A stretch of 64,000 bases of DNA. Source: an uncultured Candidatus Saccharibacteria bacterium (GTDB taxonomy: Bacteria; Patescibacteriota; Minisyncoccia; Phycocordibacterales; SBAW01). How positions within the stretch are numbered: position 1 is the first letter of the stretch; every line of letters begins with the position of its first letter. The stretch is taken from the NCBI GenBank assembly GCA_964615415.1, contig CAZTNI010000003.1, positions 143,235 through 207,234 of the forward strand, read 5' to 3'. Shown piece after piece: positions 8,888 through 17,898 of the stretch. Both the position numbers and the translations under genes were made by a program. Below the pieces are notes generated by a model. That model was not told where the DNA came from and did not search any database. It worked only from the letters and a program-made list of their open reading frames with translations.

Positions 8888-10054
8888 ATGCGATTGAGAG
8901 TCTTTCAAGGGGGTGCCGAAGAGAAAAAGGAGGTGGGAGTGCCTGCGGAAGAATTTTTTTCAATCGTCGAACTTATTAATTCCTGGATTGTGGAGGCGAC
9001 CAAGCTCCATGCGTCAGATATACATATAGCCCCGAGTCAGAGCGGGGTACGTGTACGTATGCGTGTTGACGGTGTGTTGCAGGATTTCTTGCATATTTCG
9101 TCTGCCGCGCACGCGGAACTTATTTCCCGTATCAAAATTCTTGCCGGATTACGTACAGACGAGCATCAAGCAGCGCAAGACGGCCGCTTTCGCTTCGAAT
9201 TTCCCGAAGGGAGTGGTTATGTAGATGTGCGCGTGTCTATTGTGCCGGCATACTATGGGGAACACGCGGTGCTGCGCCTCCTTGCAGACACTGCTGAGCA
9301 GTTTACCCTTACGTCATTAGGATTTTCTGAAGCTGATCAACATAAGATTGTGCAGGCACTTAAACGCTCGCACGGCATGATCCTCTCTACAGGGCCTACA
9401 GGCTCAGGTAAAACGACGACGCTGTACACCCTTTTAAAAATGCTCAACAAGAAAGAGGTCTCGATCGTTACTATTGAAGACCCGGTCGAGTACGCGATCG
9501 ATGGTATAGAACAGATACAAGTGAATCCGCGTACGGGTCTTACTTTTGCGCACGGGCTGCGCTCCATTTTGCGCCAAGACCCAAACATCATCATGGTGGG
9601 TGAGATACGCGATGCGGAGACTGCGGGCATTGCCGTAAACACTGCCTTGACCGGACACCTCTTGCTTTCCACCTTGCACACCAACGATGCTGCGACGACG
9701 CTGCCACGCCTCCTTGATATGGGCATCGACCCGTACCGCGTGGCCTCTACGGTTGCAGTTGCTATTGGACAGCGGTTGGTGCGCACACTCTGTACCCACT
9801 GCAAGCGCGGGAAGGAAAGGGGGACGGGATGTAATGAGTGTGCGGGGAGTGGCTACAAGGGACGTACCACTATTAACGAGGTGTTAGTTGCGGATGACCA
9901 TATCCGCGACGCCATTTTACGCAAAGCTTCGGCTGCAGAGATCCGCACGCTCGCTATGAAGCAGGGTATGACCACGATGCAGGAAGATGGGTTTAGGAAA
10001 GCAGAAGCCGGTGTGACATCTAAGGAAGAAGTCATGCGCGTTATCCATGAATAG
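8888..10054 (+). CDS. Type IV pilus / competence pseudopilus assembly ATPase (short PilB/GspE/ComGA-type)
   Basis: The Walker A is GPTGSGKTTT, and there is a His box and a tetracysteine CTHC...CNEC motif. At 388 aa it lacks the long N-terminal domain, like ComGA. The true start may be the GTG at about 8933-8939, preceded by GGAGG. Confidence 0.85.
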   Translation: MRLRVFQGGAEEKKEVGVPAEEFFSIVELINSWIVEATKLHASDIHIAPSQSGVRVRMRVDGVLQDFLHISSAAHAELISRIKILAGLRTDEHQAAQDGRFRFEFPEGSGYVDVRVSIVPAYYGEHAVLRLLADTAEQFTLTSLGFSEADQHKIVQALKRSHGMILSTGPTGSGKTTTLYTLLKMLNKKEVSIVTIEDPVEYAIDGIEQIQVNPRTGLTFAHGLRSILRQDPNIIMVGEIRDAETAGIAVNTALTGHLLLSTLHTNDAATTLPRLLDMGIDPYRVASTVAVAIGQRLVRTLCTHCKRGKERGTGCNECAGSGYKGRTTINEVLVADDHIRDAILRKASAAEIRTLAMKQGMTTMQEDGFRKAEAGVTSKEEVMRVIHE

Positions 10055-11090
10055 ACTAAAAGAACAAGTTACGTTTTTTAAACGCCTCGCGTTCTTGCTC
10101 AACGCAGGGATTCCTCTCGTCTCGAGTTTGCATATGCTAACCGAGCAAACGCGTGCAAAAAAAGTGCGCACGAAGCTTAACGAAATTACCACCGCTGTTG
10201 CACGTGGCCAATCGTTTTCAAAAAGTTTAGGCGCATACCCACGAGTGTTCTCTCCGTTTGTGCTCCATATTATTGCGATAGGCGAGCAGAGCGGCACCTT
10301 GGGAGAAAATTTACTCTATTTGTCTGACGAGTTGCGCAAGCGGCAGGTGTTGCGACGCAAAATTATTGGTGCCTCTGTCTATCCGCTCCTCATTACACTC
10401 GCGACACTCGGCATTACTGCGTTTTTGATGCTGTATTTGTTTCCAAAGATAATGCCGATCTTCACGTCGCTCCACATCGACCTTCCGTTTACGACCAAAG
10501 TGGTGATGGGAACAAGCATTCTGCTGCGCGACTGGGGCTTGGTGCTCTTTGTATGCGTCGCGGTGCTGGTGACACTGCTGGTGGTGCTGCATAAAAAGTG
10601 GGAGAAGTTTAGAACACTTGTGGATGCGGCGCTCCTGCGCGTGCCGGTCGTGGGTGGAGCAGTGCGACACTATAACCTTGCGATGGGTGCGCGCACGCTC
10701 GGGCTTTTGCTGAAAAGCGGTGTGCCGCTCTCGCAAGCGCTGCCTATCACTGCGCAAACAACTGAGCACAAAGGTTACAAAGCGCAGTATGTACTGCTTG
10801 CAGAAGCAGTATGCCGAGGAGAAAAAATTTCTACGCACTTGGTACGCAACACCACACTCTTTCCAAATATGTTTTCTTCTTTAACTGCAGTAGGAGAGAG
10901 TAGCGGGTCGCTCGCGGAGTCGCTCATGTATTTGTCGGGACTGTACGAAAGCGAAGTGGATGATTTTACAAAAAACCTCGCCACTATTTTAGAGCCTGTT
11001 CTTATGATTACGATGGGTCTTATTGTGGGACTCATTGCTATTTCAATAATCACGCCGATTTATGGCATCACCCAAAATCTCCATAATTAG
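10047..11090 (+). CDS. Type IV pilus platform protein (PilC/GspF/ComGB-type)
   Basis: It has a T2SSF-domain repeat and polytopic TM helices. The start overlaps the ATPase stop by 8 nt. Confidence 0.85.
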   Translation: MNRLKEQVTFFKRLAFLLNAGIPLVSSLHMLTEQTRAKKVRTKLNEITTAVARGQSFSKSLGAYPRVFSPFVLHIIAIGEQSGTLGENLLYLSDELRKRQVLRRKIIGASVYPLLITLATLGITAFLMLYLFPKIMPIFTSLHIDLPFTTKVVMGTSILLRDWGLVLFVCVAVLVTLLVVLHKKWEKFRTLVDAALLRVPVVGGAVRHYNLAMGARTLGLLLKSGVPLSQALPITAQTTEHKGYKAQYVLLAEAVCRGEKISTHLVRNTTLFPNMFSSLTAVGESSGSLAESLMYLSGLYESEVDDFTKNLATILEPVLMITMGLIVGLIAISIITPIYGITQNLHN

Positions 11091-11568
11091 AGCCACAAAA
11101 CAGGGGCTTACGCTCATTGAGGTGCTTATATCGATCGGCATCCTTTCTATTGTTGGAGGCGTTGCGCTGTATTTTAGTTTAGATGATACTCGTGCCTACA
11201 CCTTCCGCGATGACCGCGACAAAATCGTCTCGGTGTTAGAGCGGGCGCGGGCGCAGTCGATGCATGGTGTCTGTCGAAGCGACGACTGCGAAGAGCCTGC
11301 AGCGCATGGCGTGTATCGCGCCGATACCACACTTGTGTTGTTTGAAGGTGAGTCGTATGTAATGCGCGCGGAAGCGTTTGATGAAATTATAGAACTTCAT
11401 AGCGGCGCAGCAGTACTCGCTGGCGCAGAAGAAATTATTTTCGCGCCGCTTTCGGGACGAGTCACCACAACTCCGCCCGGCGAGTGGTCCATAGATATCA
11501 CAGATGGTATAGGACGAGGATCAACTATCACCACAAATAGCGAAGGGCGTATTTTTTGGACGAACTAA
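11062..11568 (+). CDS. Prepilin-type (class III signal) pilin/pseudopilin
   Basis: The N-terminus has ...KQG/LTLIEVLISIGIL (G-1, E+5). The start lies inside the 3' end of the platform gene, and its exact position is uncertain. Confidence 0.65.
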   Translation: MASPKISIIRATKQGLTLIEVLISIGILSIVGGVALYFSLDDTRAYTFRDDRDKIVSVLERARAQSMHGVCRSDDCEEPAAHGVYRADTTLVLFEGESYVMRAEAFDEIIELHSGAAVLAGAEEIIFAPLSGRVTTTPPGEWSIDITDGIGRGSTITTNSEGRIFWTN

Positions 11569-11572
11569 ACTC

Positions 11573-13117
11573 ATGCAGCGCGGATTTTCAACAATGGAAT
11601 TAATGGTCGCGCTCGCGATCCTTTCGCTTTCGATGGGAGCGGCGCTTGTATTAGGCTTAGGACAAACGTCTGGATCAGACAGTGAGTCTGCGCGCGAAGC
11701 GCTGCTTGCGGCGCGTGCGGTCGTAGAGGAGTTGCGACAAAAAGGCGAGAGTGATTTCCGCACGCTCCACGCAACGTCGAGCTCGTATACATTCGGCAGC
11801 ACGACGTACAGTGTTGTTGCTGAGGTGACGCAAGAAAATTTTTTTACAAAAACCGTACAGGCGGTCGTGTTGTGGGGCGCAACGTTCGGCAGAACACTTT
11901 CTATAGATATTCCTTTTATTGTCACTGACAAGGATCATGCTGTCGGTGGCAATACGTGTTACTCGGAGGTCGACACGGCTCTGTGGAAATCTCCGACCAT
12001 TAAAAATACAGAAAAAGAGTTTGCAAAATTAGTGTTTGACCACAGTGGCGTGTATACGCTTGCAGCGGTTGATGCATATAAAGACGTGCTGTATGTCGGC
12101 GTGGGTAGTACGGGAGAAAAAGCTGACCCAACGGTTTTTATTCTTAATCCCGAGACAAAAAATCCCGCATTTCTAGGAGCTGTCGATACATCTACCTCGA
12201 CCGTTAGCGGAGTTGCAGCTATTCGTGTTGCGGAAGATGTGGCAACTAATAAGCGCTACGCATATGTCGCCAACAACTACACGGCAAATTTCTCAACATG
12301 TTCGCAGTACTACAACTGTGCGCAACTGCAGATTATCGATGTAACAAATCCGCAATCCGTCGCTCTTTCGTCAGTGCGTAACTATAAAGTGCCCGGAGTT
12401 ACTGGTTCGCAAGGTGCGGGGAAGTCGCTTGCGTATGATCGTGGATACGTGTATCTGGGGCTCTCTGGCACTGGCAACAAGGGGCCAGAATTTCATGTGG
12501 TAGATGTACGCGTACCCGAGCAGCCGCAGTTTGTTGGGTCGTATGCGGTCGGCAGTGGTGTGGGCGCTATATACGTACGCGGATCATATGCGTATCTTGC
12601 GACAGATAATCTTTCAAAAGAGGTACTGGTGCTCGATATAAGTGACAAAACCAATCCGCGGCTAGTGGGGAGTTACAACGCAATGTCTGATGTAACCAAC
12701 TTTGGGTATGGGAAAGCACTTGATGTTGTGGGGGATACGCTCTACTTAGGAAGAACGTTCATAAGCAATGCGCCTGAGTTACAACTTATACATATTTCAC
12801 AACCTTCAATAATTCCTCCTCCGCCTATAGGAACACGCGATGTGGGGCCAAACTCTGCAAACCCATTTAGCCTTAACGGTATCCTCGTGCGCGACACACT
12901 ACTGTTTGCAGCGCTTGGGAGTGGCACGAAAGGCGGCAGCTTTCAAATTTTTTCTATTAAGAATCCTTCTGCAATACAATCGCATGCAGTGGTGTCGCTG
13001 CCTTCGGGAGGCAACGGTACCGGTGCGCAAGCGCTCGACTGCGAAGGCAATACGTTTTACGTTGTCTCAAACGATGTAAACAAGAAAGGTTATCTCTCCG
13101 TAATTACAACACCATGA
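11573..13117 (+). CDS. Large prepilin-type protein (514 aa) with a C-terminal LVIVD-type beta-propeller repeat domain (candidate pilus-tip adhesin)
   Basis: The N-terminus is QRG/FSTMELMVALAIL. It is followed by repeated YAYVANNY / YVYLGLSG / YAYLATDN / TLYLGRTF / TFYVVSND blades. Confidence 0.75.
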   Translation: MQRGFSTMELMVALAILSLSMGAALVLGLGQTSGSDSESAREALLAARAVVEELRQKGESDFRTLHATSSSYTFGSTTYSVVAEVTQENFFTKTVQAVVLWGATFGRTLSIDIPFIVTDKDHAVGGNTCYSEVDTALWKSPTIKNTEKEFAKLVFDHSGVYTLAAVDAYKDVLYVGVGSTGEKADPTVFILNPETKNPAFLGAVDTSTSTVSGVAAIRVAEDVATNKRYAYVANNYTANFSTCSQYYNCAQLQIIDVTNPQSVALSSVRNYKVPGVTGSQGAGKSLAYDRGYVYLGLSGTGNKGPEFHVVDVRVPEQPQFVGSYAVGSGVGAIYVRGSYAYLATDNLSKEVLVLDISDKTNPRLVGSYNAMSDVTNFGYGKALDVVGDTLYLGRTFISNAPELQLIHISQPSIIPPPPIGTRDVGPNSANPFSLNGILVRDTLLFAALGSGTKGGSFQIFSIKNPSAIQSHAVVSLPSGGNGTGAQALDCEGNTFYVVSNDVNKKGYLSVITTP

Positions 13118-13479
13118 ACAAGCGAGGGATTACATTAATCGAGACACTTATCTATATAGCGCTCTTTGCGCTGCTTATCGGCGGCGGTGTTTCGTCTGCA
13201 TATACGTTAATAGAGTCGAGCGATAAAATCGGCGTGCGGGCGATGATGGAAGAAGAGGGTAACTTTTTGTTAGCAAAAATTGCATGGGTACTTGAAGAGG
13301 GGATGCAGGCGGAAGTTGTAGATGGAGAGATGATACTAAACGGAGTAGTGCTGTCGAATATAAATGTAGAAGTGCAAGATTTTATACTCACGTCGGAGGA
13401 ATATTCTTTTACGCTTCTTTCGCGTACAGGAGGGGGACAGGAACTCAAAGAAACTTTTAGAAATACAAGATATGAATAA
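13114..13479 (+). CDS. Minor pseudopilin (prepilin-type N-terminus KRG/ITLIETLIYIALF)
   Basis: It has the class III signal motif. It overlaps the previous gene by ATGA. Confidence 0.7.
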   Translation: MNKRGITLIETLIYIALFALLIGGGVSSAYTLIESSDKIGVRAMMEEEGNFLLAKIAWVLEEGMQAEVVDGEMILNGVVLSNINVEVQDFILTSEEYSFTLLSRTGGGQELKETFRNTRYE

Positions 13480-13783
13480 TAAAGGATTCATAGCGCTTAT
13501 TGCGTCGGTGCTCATATCAGTAGTACTCCTTGGACTTTCGAGTACGGTAGGTATGGTGAGTTGGTATGCCCGCCTTGGGGTGGCAGAAGCAGAAGACTAC
13601 CAACTCGCAAAAATACTAGCGCAGTCGTGTGTAGAAGTGGTGGAGCTGCGCCTGGCAGAGAATCCGCACTACGCACAAACTCCCGGCGAAGAAGTTTCTC
13701 TAGGCGAACAAACGTGCACAATTGTCTCGGTGCAACCGATAATTGTTCGAGCGAAAGTAGGTCATTCTATATATACTAAATAA
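13472..13783 (+). CDS. Minor pseudopilin lacking Glu+5 (GspK/PilX-like: NKG/FIALIASVLIS)
   Basis: The N-terminus is prepilin-like, with Ala in place of the conserved Glu5. It overlaps the previous gene. Confidence 0.6.
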   Translation: MNNKGFIALIASVLISVVLLGLSSTVGMVSWYARLGVAEAEDYQLAKILAQSCVEVVELRLAENPHYAQTPGEEVSLGEQTCTIVSVQPIIVRAKVGHSIYTK

Positions 13784-14449
13784 ATGGAGGTCAAAATTAA
13801 CGAGTCCTGGAAGAAGCATTTGGAGGGGGAGTTTGAGCAACCTTACTTTAAGGAGCTCGCTACATTTGTTAAAGAAGAATACAAAAACGAGGCGGTGTAC
13901 CCGCCGCCAAAGTTTATGTTCCGTGCGTTTGACTTAACACCTTTTGAAAAAGTAGAAGTAGTTATTTTGGGGCAAGACCCATACCATGGTCCGAAGCAGG
14001 CAAATGGCCTCTGTTTCGCGGTGAATGATGGTGTAACGCTACCTCCGTCGCTTAAAAATATATATAAAGAAATTGAAGCAGAATTTGGAAAGCCAGTGAC
14101 ACTAAACGGCGACCTTTCGCGCTGGGCAACACAAGGTGTGTTGCTTTTAAATGCAACGCTCACTGTGCGTGCACACTTGGCCGGTAGCCACCAAGGCAAG
14201 GGGTGGGAGCAATTTACCGACGCAGCAGTGCGCGCACTTTCAAACGAACGGGAGCATTTGGTATTTATGCTCTGGGGTAACTATGCAAAACAAAAAGGCG
14301 CACACATCGACCGCAGTAAACATTTAGTTTTAGAATCCGCGCACCCGTCGCCATTTTCTGCCTACAACGGCTTCTTTGGTAACAACCACTTCAAAAAAGC
14401 GAACGAGTATTTAGTTGAACACAACAAAAAACCAATCGATTGGTCGTGA
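13784..14449 (+). CDS. ung: Uracil-DNA glycosylase, family 1
   Basis: The motifs are GQDPYHGPKQANGLCF, LLLNATLTV and HPSPFSA. The start codon directly abuts the last pilin stop (TAAATG). Confidence 0.9.
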   Translation: MEVKINESWKKHLEGEFEQPYFKELATFVKEEYKNEAVYPPPKFMFRAFDLTPFEKVEVVILGQDPYHGPKQANGLCFAVNDGVTLPPSLKNIYKEIEAEFGKPVTLNGDLSRWATQGVLLLNATLTVRAHLAGSHQGKGWEQFTDAAVRALSNEREHLVFMLWGNYAKQKGAHIDRSKHLVLESAHPSPFSAYNGFFGNNHFKKANEYLVEHNKKPIDWS

Positions 14450-14477
14450 AAGATATAAACGTGGAATGACGTAAAGA

Positions 14478-14890
14478 AAAGCCGCAGCAGCTTTTGGCTA
14501 CTGCGGCAGAAATTACGGGAGACGCGTACATTAGACGCCCATGCTCGGACTCGCTTTCGCTTTGCCTACACCTATCGGCTTAAGCTTGCACGCAAGATTT
14601 CCCCCTGGTGAAGAGACCTTAGGCTTGGAAGTAATGATTTTAAGCGCGAGCATGTGCTCTCATTACTCCCGTTTTCCAGTTGGGCCCGTCGAGGCTTTCC
14701 TGTACTTACTTCTGCTCTCTGTGCTTTTACAGATACGGGGCTGTTTACCCACTATGGCTTCGCTATCTGCGAATTCTCTCAAGCGCGAGAACCTAAGATG
14801 GACGCCCGGAGGAGTCCATAGCCTGGTCCGGTTTCGGTTACGACGCCAACTCCCGGAGTCTCAATTGATGTTCTGTCCCTTCACGTCCGA
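14478..14890 (-). ncRNA. Unclassified structured ncRNA candidate (about 400 nt) with an intrinsic terminator; possibly a housekeeping RNA
   Basis: There is no credible ORF. The minus-strand terminator is GCCGCAG...CTGCGGC + TTTTCTTT at 14481-14510. Several nested stems are visible, for example GGAAGTAATGA/TCATTACTCCC enclosing GAGCA-TG-TGCTC, and TTCTC/GAGAA. A weak -35/-10 (TTGTAT-18-TGATAT) sits just after the pepO stop. I could not match the RNase P or tmRNA core motifs by eye. Confidence 0.35.
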
Positions 14891-14950
14891 CGTAAACATA
14901 TCACACCTGATGGTTTCTACAATACAACAAAAAAGAGGTAAGAAAGAATT

Positions 14951-16942
14951 TTACCAAATCTTGGAGCGGAGTTTTGGTTCTCTGTAGAGTTTGTCACCTG
15001 GCTGCACGTTGAAGACTTTGTAAAACGGTTCGAAATTGGCGAGCGGGCCATTGATGCGGAATTCGGCAGGCGAGTGTGGGTCGGTAAGTACTTGCGTCTT
15101 TGCAAATTCTGGCCGCGACAGTTCGCGTTCTTGCTGGGCGAAGCCGAAGAAAAATCGCTGCTCCGGCGTAAAGCCGTTAATGTCTTTGCGGCCAGTTTTT
15201 TTGAGATGTGTTTGGTATGCATCCCAGGCAATAACGAGGCCGCCTAAGTCTGCAATATTTTCTCCGAGCGTGAGTTTGCCGTTTACTGCAACATCGTCAG
15301 CTACTTTGTAAGAGTCGTACTGTTTGGCGAGCATTTCACCTTTTTGCTCGAACTGTTTTTTGTCCTGAGCAGTCCACCAGTCATTTAAGTTGCCTGCGCC
15401 GTCAAATTTTGCACCTTGGTCATCAAAGGCGTGGGTCAGTTCGTGGCCAATAATTGATCCAATAGCACCGTAGTTAACCGCATCATCCCCGGTAAAATCA
15501 AAGATGGGAGCCTGGAGAATAGCAGCAGGGAAGAGAATTTCATTCATGCTTGGGCTAAACCAAGCATTGACGATTTGAGGAGAAGCAAACCATTCTTCTC
15601 GATCGATTGTTTTACCTAGTTTGTTCATTTGCCGTTGATGTTCATACTCTGCAGCACGAAGAATATTCTCAAAATAATTATTTGAGCCAATCGTTAGGCC
15701 TTTATATATATTCCACTTGTCTGGGTAACCAACCTTGCGGCTAATTTTGGACAGCTTTGAGACAGCTTTCTTTTTTGTTGTGGGTGTCATCCAATCAAGC
15801 TTTTTGATGCGCTCTTTATATGCGATAAAAAGATCATCAATCAGCGCGTTCATTTTTTTCTTTGCACCAGGAGGGAAGTGTTTTTTAACGTAGAGTTGTC
15901 CTAACGCGTGGCCCAGGGTTCCATTCACCACCGAAAGTATGCGGCGCCAGTCCGGTTTCATTTTTTTCGTACCGGAAAGCGTTTTGCTGTAGTACTCGAA
16001 GTTTGCCTGCGTAAACGCTTTGGTAAGAAACGGAGCCGCGTCGTCGGTTAGGTGCCACTCCAGGTAAATTTTCCACTCTTCGAGCGAGAGCGTGTTAATA
16101 AGCTTCTCTGCAGCTTTAATAAAATTCGGCTGACAAACAATGTAGTACGGGCGGAGCGGAATATGTGCGGTAGCAAAGTACGCTTTCCAGTCGATAGACG
16201 GAATTTCTTTCTGTAATTCTTTGAATGTTTTCTTGTGGTAGATTTTTTCCGAGTCGCGCGTGTCTACTTTGTCCATCGACGCCTCCGCTAACTTTTTTTC
16301 GATAGCAAGGACGACCGCAGCCTTCTGCTCCGCTTCTTCGTGCGAGTATCCAAGCAACTTAAATATAGTAAGGAGGTGGCGCGCGTAGGCTTCTTTTACG
16401 CGCAGGAACTCCGGCTCCTCTTTAAGATAGTAGTCGCGGTCCGGCATACCCAAACCACTTTGGAAGAAGTGGAGCGCATACTGTTTGCTGTTTTTAGAAT
16501 CTTGGTCGACAAAGAGTCCCCACGGCACACCGATCCCTATGTACTGAAAGTGGGCGAGCGTGTGGAGTAAATCTTTTGTTGAAGCAATGTCCGCAACTTC
16601 TTTGCGTAGTGCGGCAATAGGGGTAAGCCCTAGCTTCTCGCGGGTTTTGAGGTCCATGCCGGAGCGGAATAAATCAGCGACAAGCTGCTCACTCGATCCT
16701 TTTTTGTGCGTTTTCTTTTCCGTCAGGTCTTCAACAATAGCCTTGAGTTGGTGCTCGGTTTCGTAACGCAAAGCAATAAAGCTGCCCCAGCGTGCCTCGG
16801 TGTCCGGAATCTTATTCTTTTTGAGCCAATTGCCGTTCGCGTAGAGGTAGAAGTCGTCCTGCGGCCGAACTGTTTTGTCGATCGTCTTTGTATCAAAGCC
16901 CCAGTGTTGCATAGTCTGTTTCGCCATAGAGCGATTATACAT
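14951..16942 (-). CDS. pepO: M13 family zinc metalloendopeptidase (neprilysin/PepO-like)
   Basis: The HExxH motif is HELTHAFD, and the GENIADLGG and NAWF motifs are present. The protein is 663 aa. Confidence 0.9.
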   Translation of the reverse strand: MYNRSMAKQTMQHWGFDTKTIDKTVRPQDDFYLYANGNWLKKNKIPDTEARWGSFIALRYETEHQLKAIVEDLTEKKTHKKGSSEQLVADLFRSGMDLKTREKLGLTPIAALRKEVADIASTKDLLHTLAHFQYIGIGVPWGLFVDQDSKNSKQYALHFFQSGLGMPDRDYYLKEEPEFLRVKEAYARHLLTIFKLLGYSHEEAEQKAAVVLAIEKKLAEASMDKVDTRDSEKIYHKKTFKELQKEIPSIDWKAYFATAHIPLRPYYIVCQPNFIKAAEKLINTLSLEEWKIYLEWHLTDDAAPFLTKAFTQANFEYYSKTLSGTKKMKPDWRRILSVVNGTLGHALGQLYVKKHFPPGAKKKMNALIDDLFIAYKERIKKLDWMTPTTKKKAVSKLSKISRKVGYPDKWNIYKGLTIGSNNYFENILRAAEYEHQRQMNKLGKTIDREEWFASPQIVNAWFSPSMNEILFPAAILQAPIFDFTGDDAVNYGAIGSIIGHELTHAFDDQGAKFDGAGNLNDWWTAQDKKQFEQKGEMLAKQYDSYKVADDVAVNGKLTLGENIADLGGLVIAWDAYQTHLKKTGRKDINGFTPEQRFFFGFAQQERELSRPEFAKTQVLTDPHSPAEFRINGPLANFEPFYKVFNVQPGDKLYREPKLRSKIW

Positions 16943-17042
16943 ATCCTCACCAAAACGGCCTAGAGATCATTGACAATAATTTAAATGTGGGGTATTTTAA
17001 CTACCAGTAGACCTTCACACTCACTCATAAGGAAACATACGC

Positions 17043-17708
17043 ATGCCTCCTCTTAAGGATGTACGTGTCGAAATAAAAGTGCGCAACAATCTCTTGCTTT
17101 CAGCGATGGAAGCGCGAGGTATTAGTTCGCTCGGCCAGCTTGCACGCATGGTGGGGCCAGGCTCGTACTCTGCTCTTTGTGCCATGGCAGCCATGAAAAG
17201 ACCCGCCCGTCTCAAAAATGGCGAGTGGCGTAAGCTCGCACTGCAGGTCGCAAATGTGCTGCAGTGCATGCCTGAAGACCTCTTTAGCGAACCGCAGCAG
17301 TGGGATAAGTTGGAGAAGAATCGTGCTAAAGCGGAGATCTCCTTCGCGGAAATCCAACAGCTTGCTGCGCCTCGCGGCTCTGTCTCGACGCCAGAAGTGC
17401 AACTGGTCGCAACCGAGCTTCGCAACCAGATCCACAAAGCGCTTGCCTCGCTTACACCGCGAGAGGAGTTTGTGATCCGCGCACGCTTTGGTTTCGTGGA
17501 CGGGACAGAGCATACCTTTGAGCAGATTGGTGCTCGACTCGGTTTCGGCATCGAGCGAGCGAGACAAATCGAGGCTAAGGCGCTGCGTAAACTGATGCAT
17601 CCTGCACGGTCAAAACATTTACTCGCAGCAGGAGCTGGTGACTTCACACCCGAAGATTCCTGGCAGCGGCGTGTGAAGTTTGACCCCGAGGTGCTCGAAG
17701 CACTGTAA
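17043..17708 (+). CDS. Sigma-70 region-4-only HTH protein (no region 2)
   Basis: The C-terminal LTPREEFVIRARFGFVDGTEHTFEQIGARLGFGIERARQIEAKALRKL matches sigma70 region 4.2. The N-terminal 130 aa has no region 2 or 3. Local GC is about 57%. A TTGACA-17-TATTTT promoter lies upstream. Confidence 0.7.
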   Translation: MPPLKDVRVEIKVRNNLLLSAMEARGISSLGQLARMVGPGSYSALCAMAAMKRPARLKNGEWRKLALQVANVLQCMPEDLFSEPQQWDKLEKNRAKAEISFAEIQQLAAPRGSVSTPEVQLVATELRNQIHKALASLTPREEFVIRARFGFVDGTEHTFEQIGARLGFGIERARQIEAKALRKLMHPARSKHLLAAGAGDFTPEDSWQRRVKFDPEVLEAL

Positions 17709-17718
17709 CTGTGTACCA

Positions 17719-17749
17719 GGGACCGCTCTCAAGCGGTCCTTTTTCTTTT
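17719..17749 (+). terminator. Terminator GGGACCGC-tctcaa-GCGGTCC + T-run (near-duplicate of the one at 19071)
   Basis: A perfect stem is followed by TTTTTCTTTT. Confidence 0.7.
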
Positions 17750-17898
17750 GGCCTCGTAGAGCTTGACAAGGCTTATTTTATACTATATAAGTATACATTA
17801 GCTTGTTCCTCGGAAATCAGACCTTACTTGCACTCAGGAGTTCCTAGCTCCGCTATGATCCTCTGCTGAACAAGCTCGTCTACTAAACCCGCCAAACC

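Noticed and set aside
14478-14890. Assignment of this ncRNA as RNase P RNA or tmRNA
   Set aside because: Strings reminiscent of RNase P (ACAGAAC, GGUAAAC, CAUGCUCGC) occur in the wrong 5'-3' order. No P4 pairing or tmRNA tag frame ending in a hydrophobic Ala-Ala could be built. It is left unclassified.
14541-14987. 148-aa plus-strand ORF inside the ung-pepO spacer
   Set aside because: The peptide composition is nonsensical and there is no RBS. The region is better explained as a structured RNA with a terminator on the other strand.
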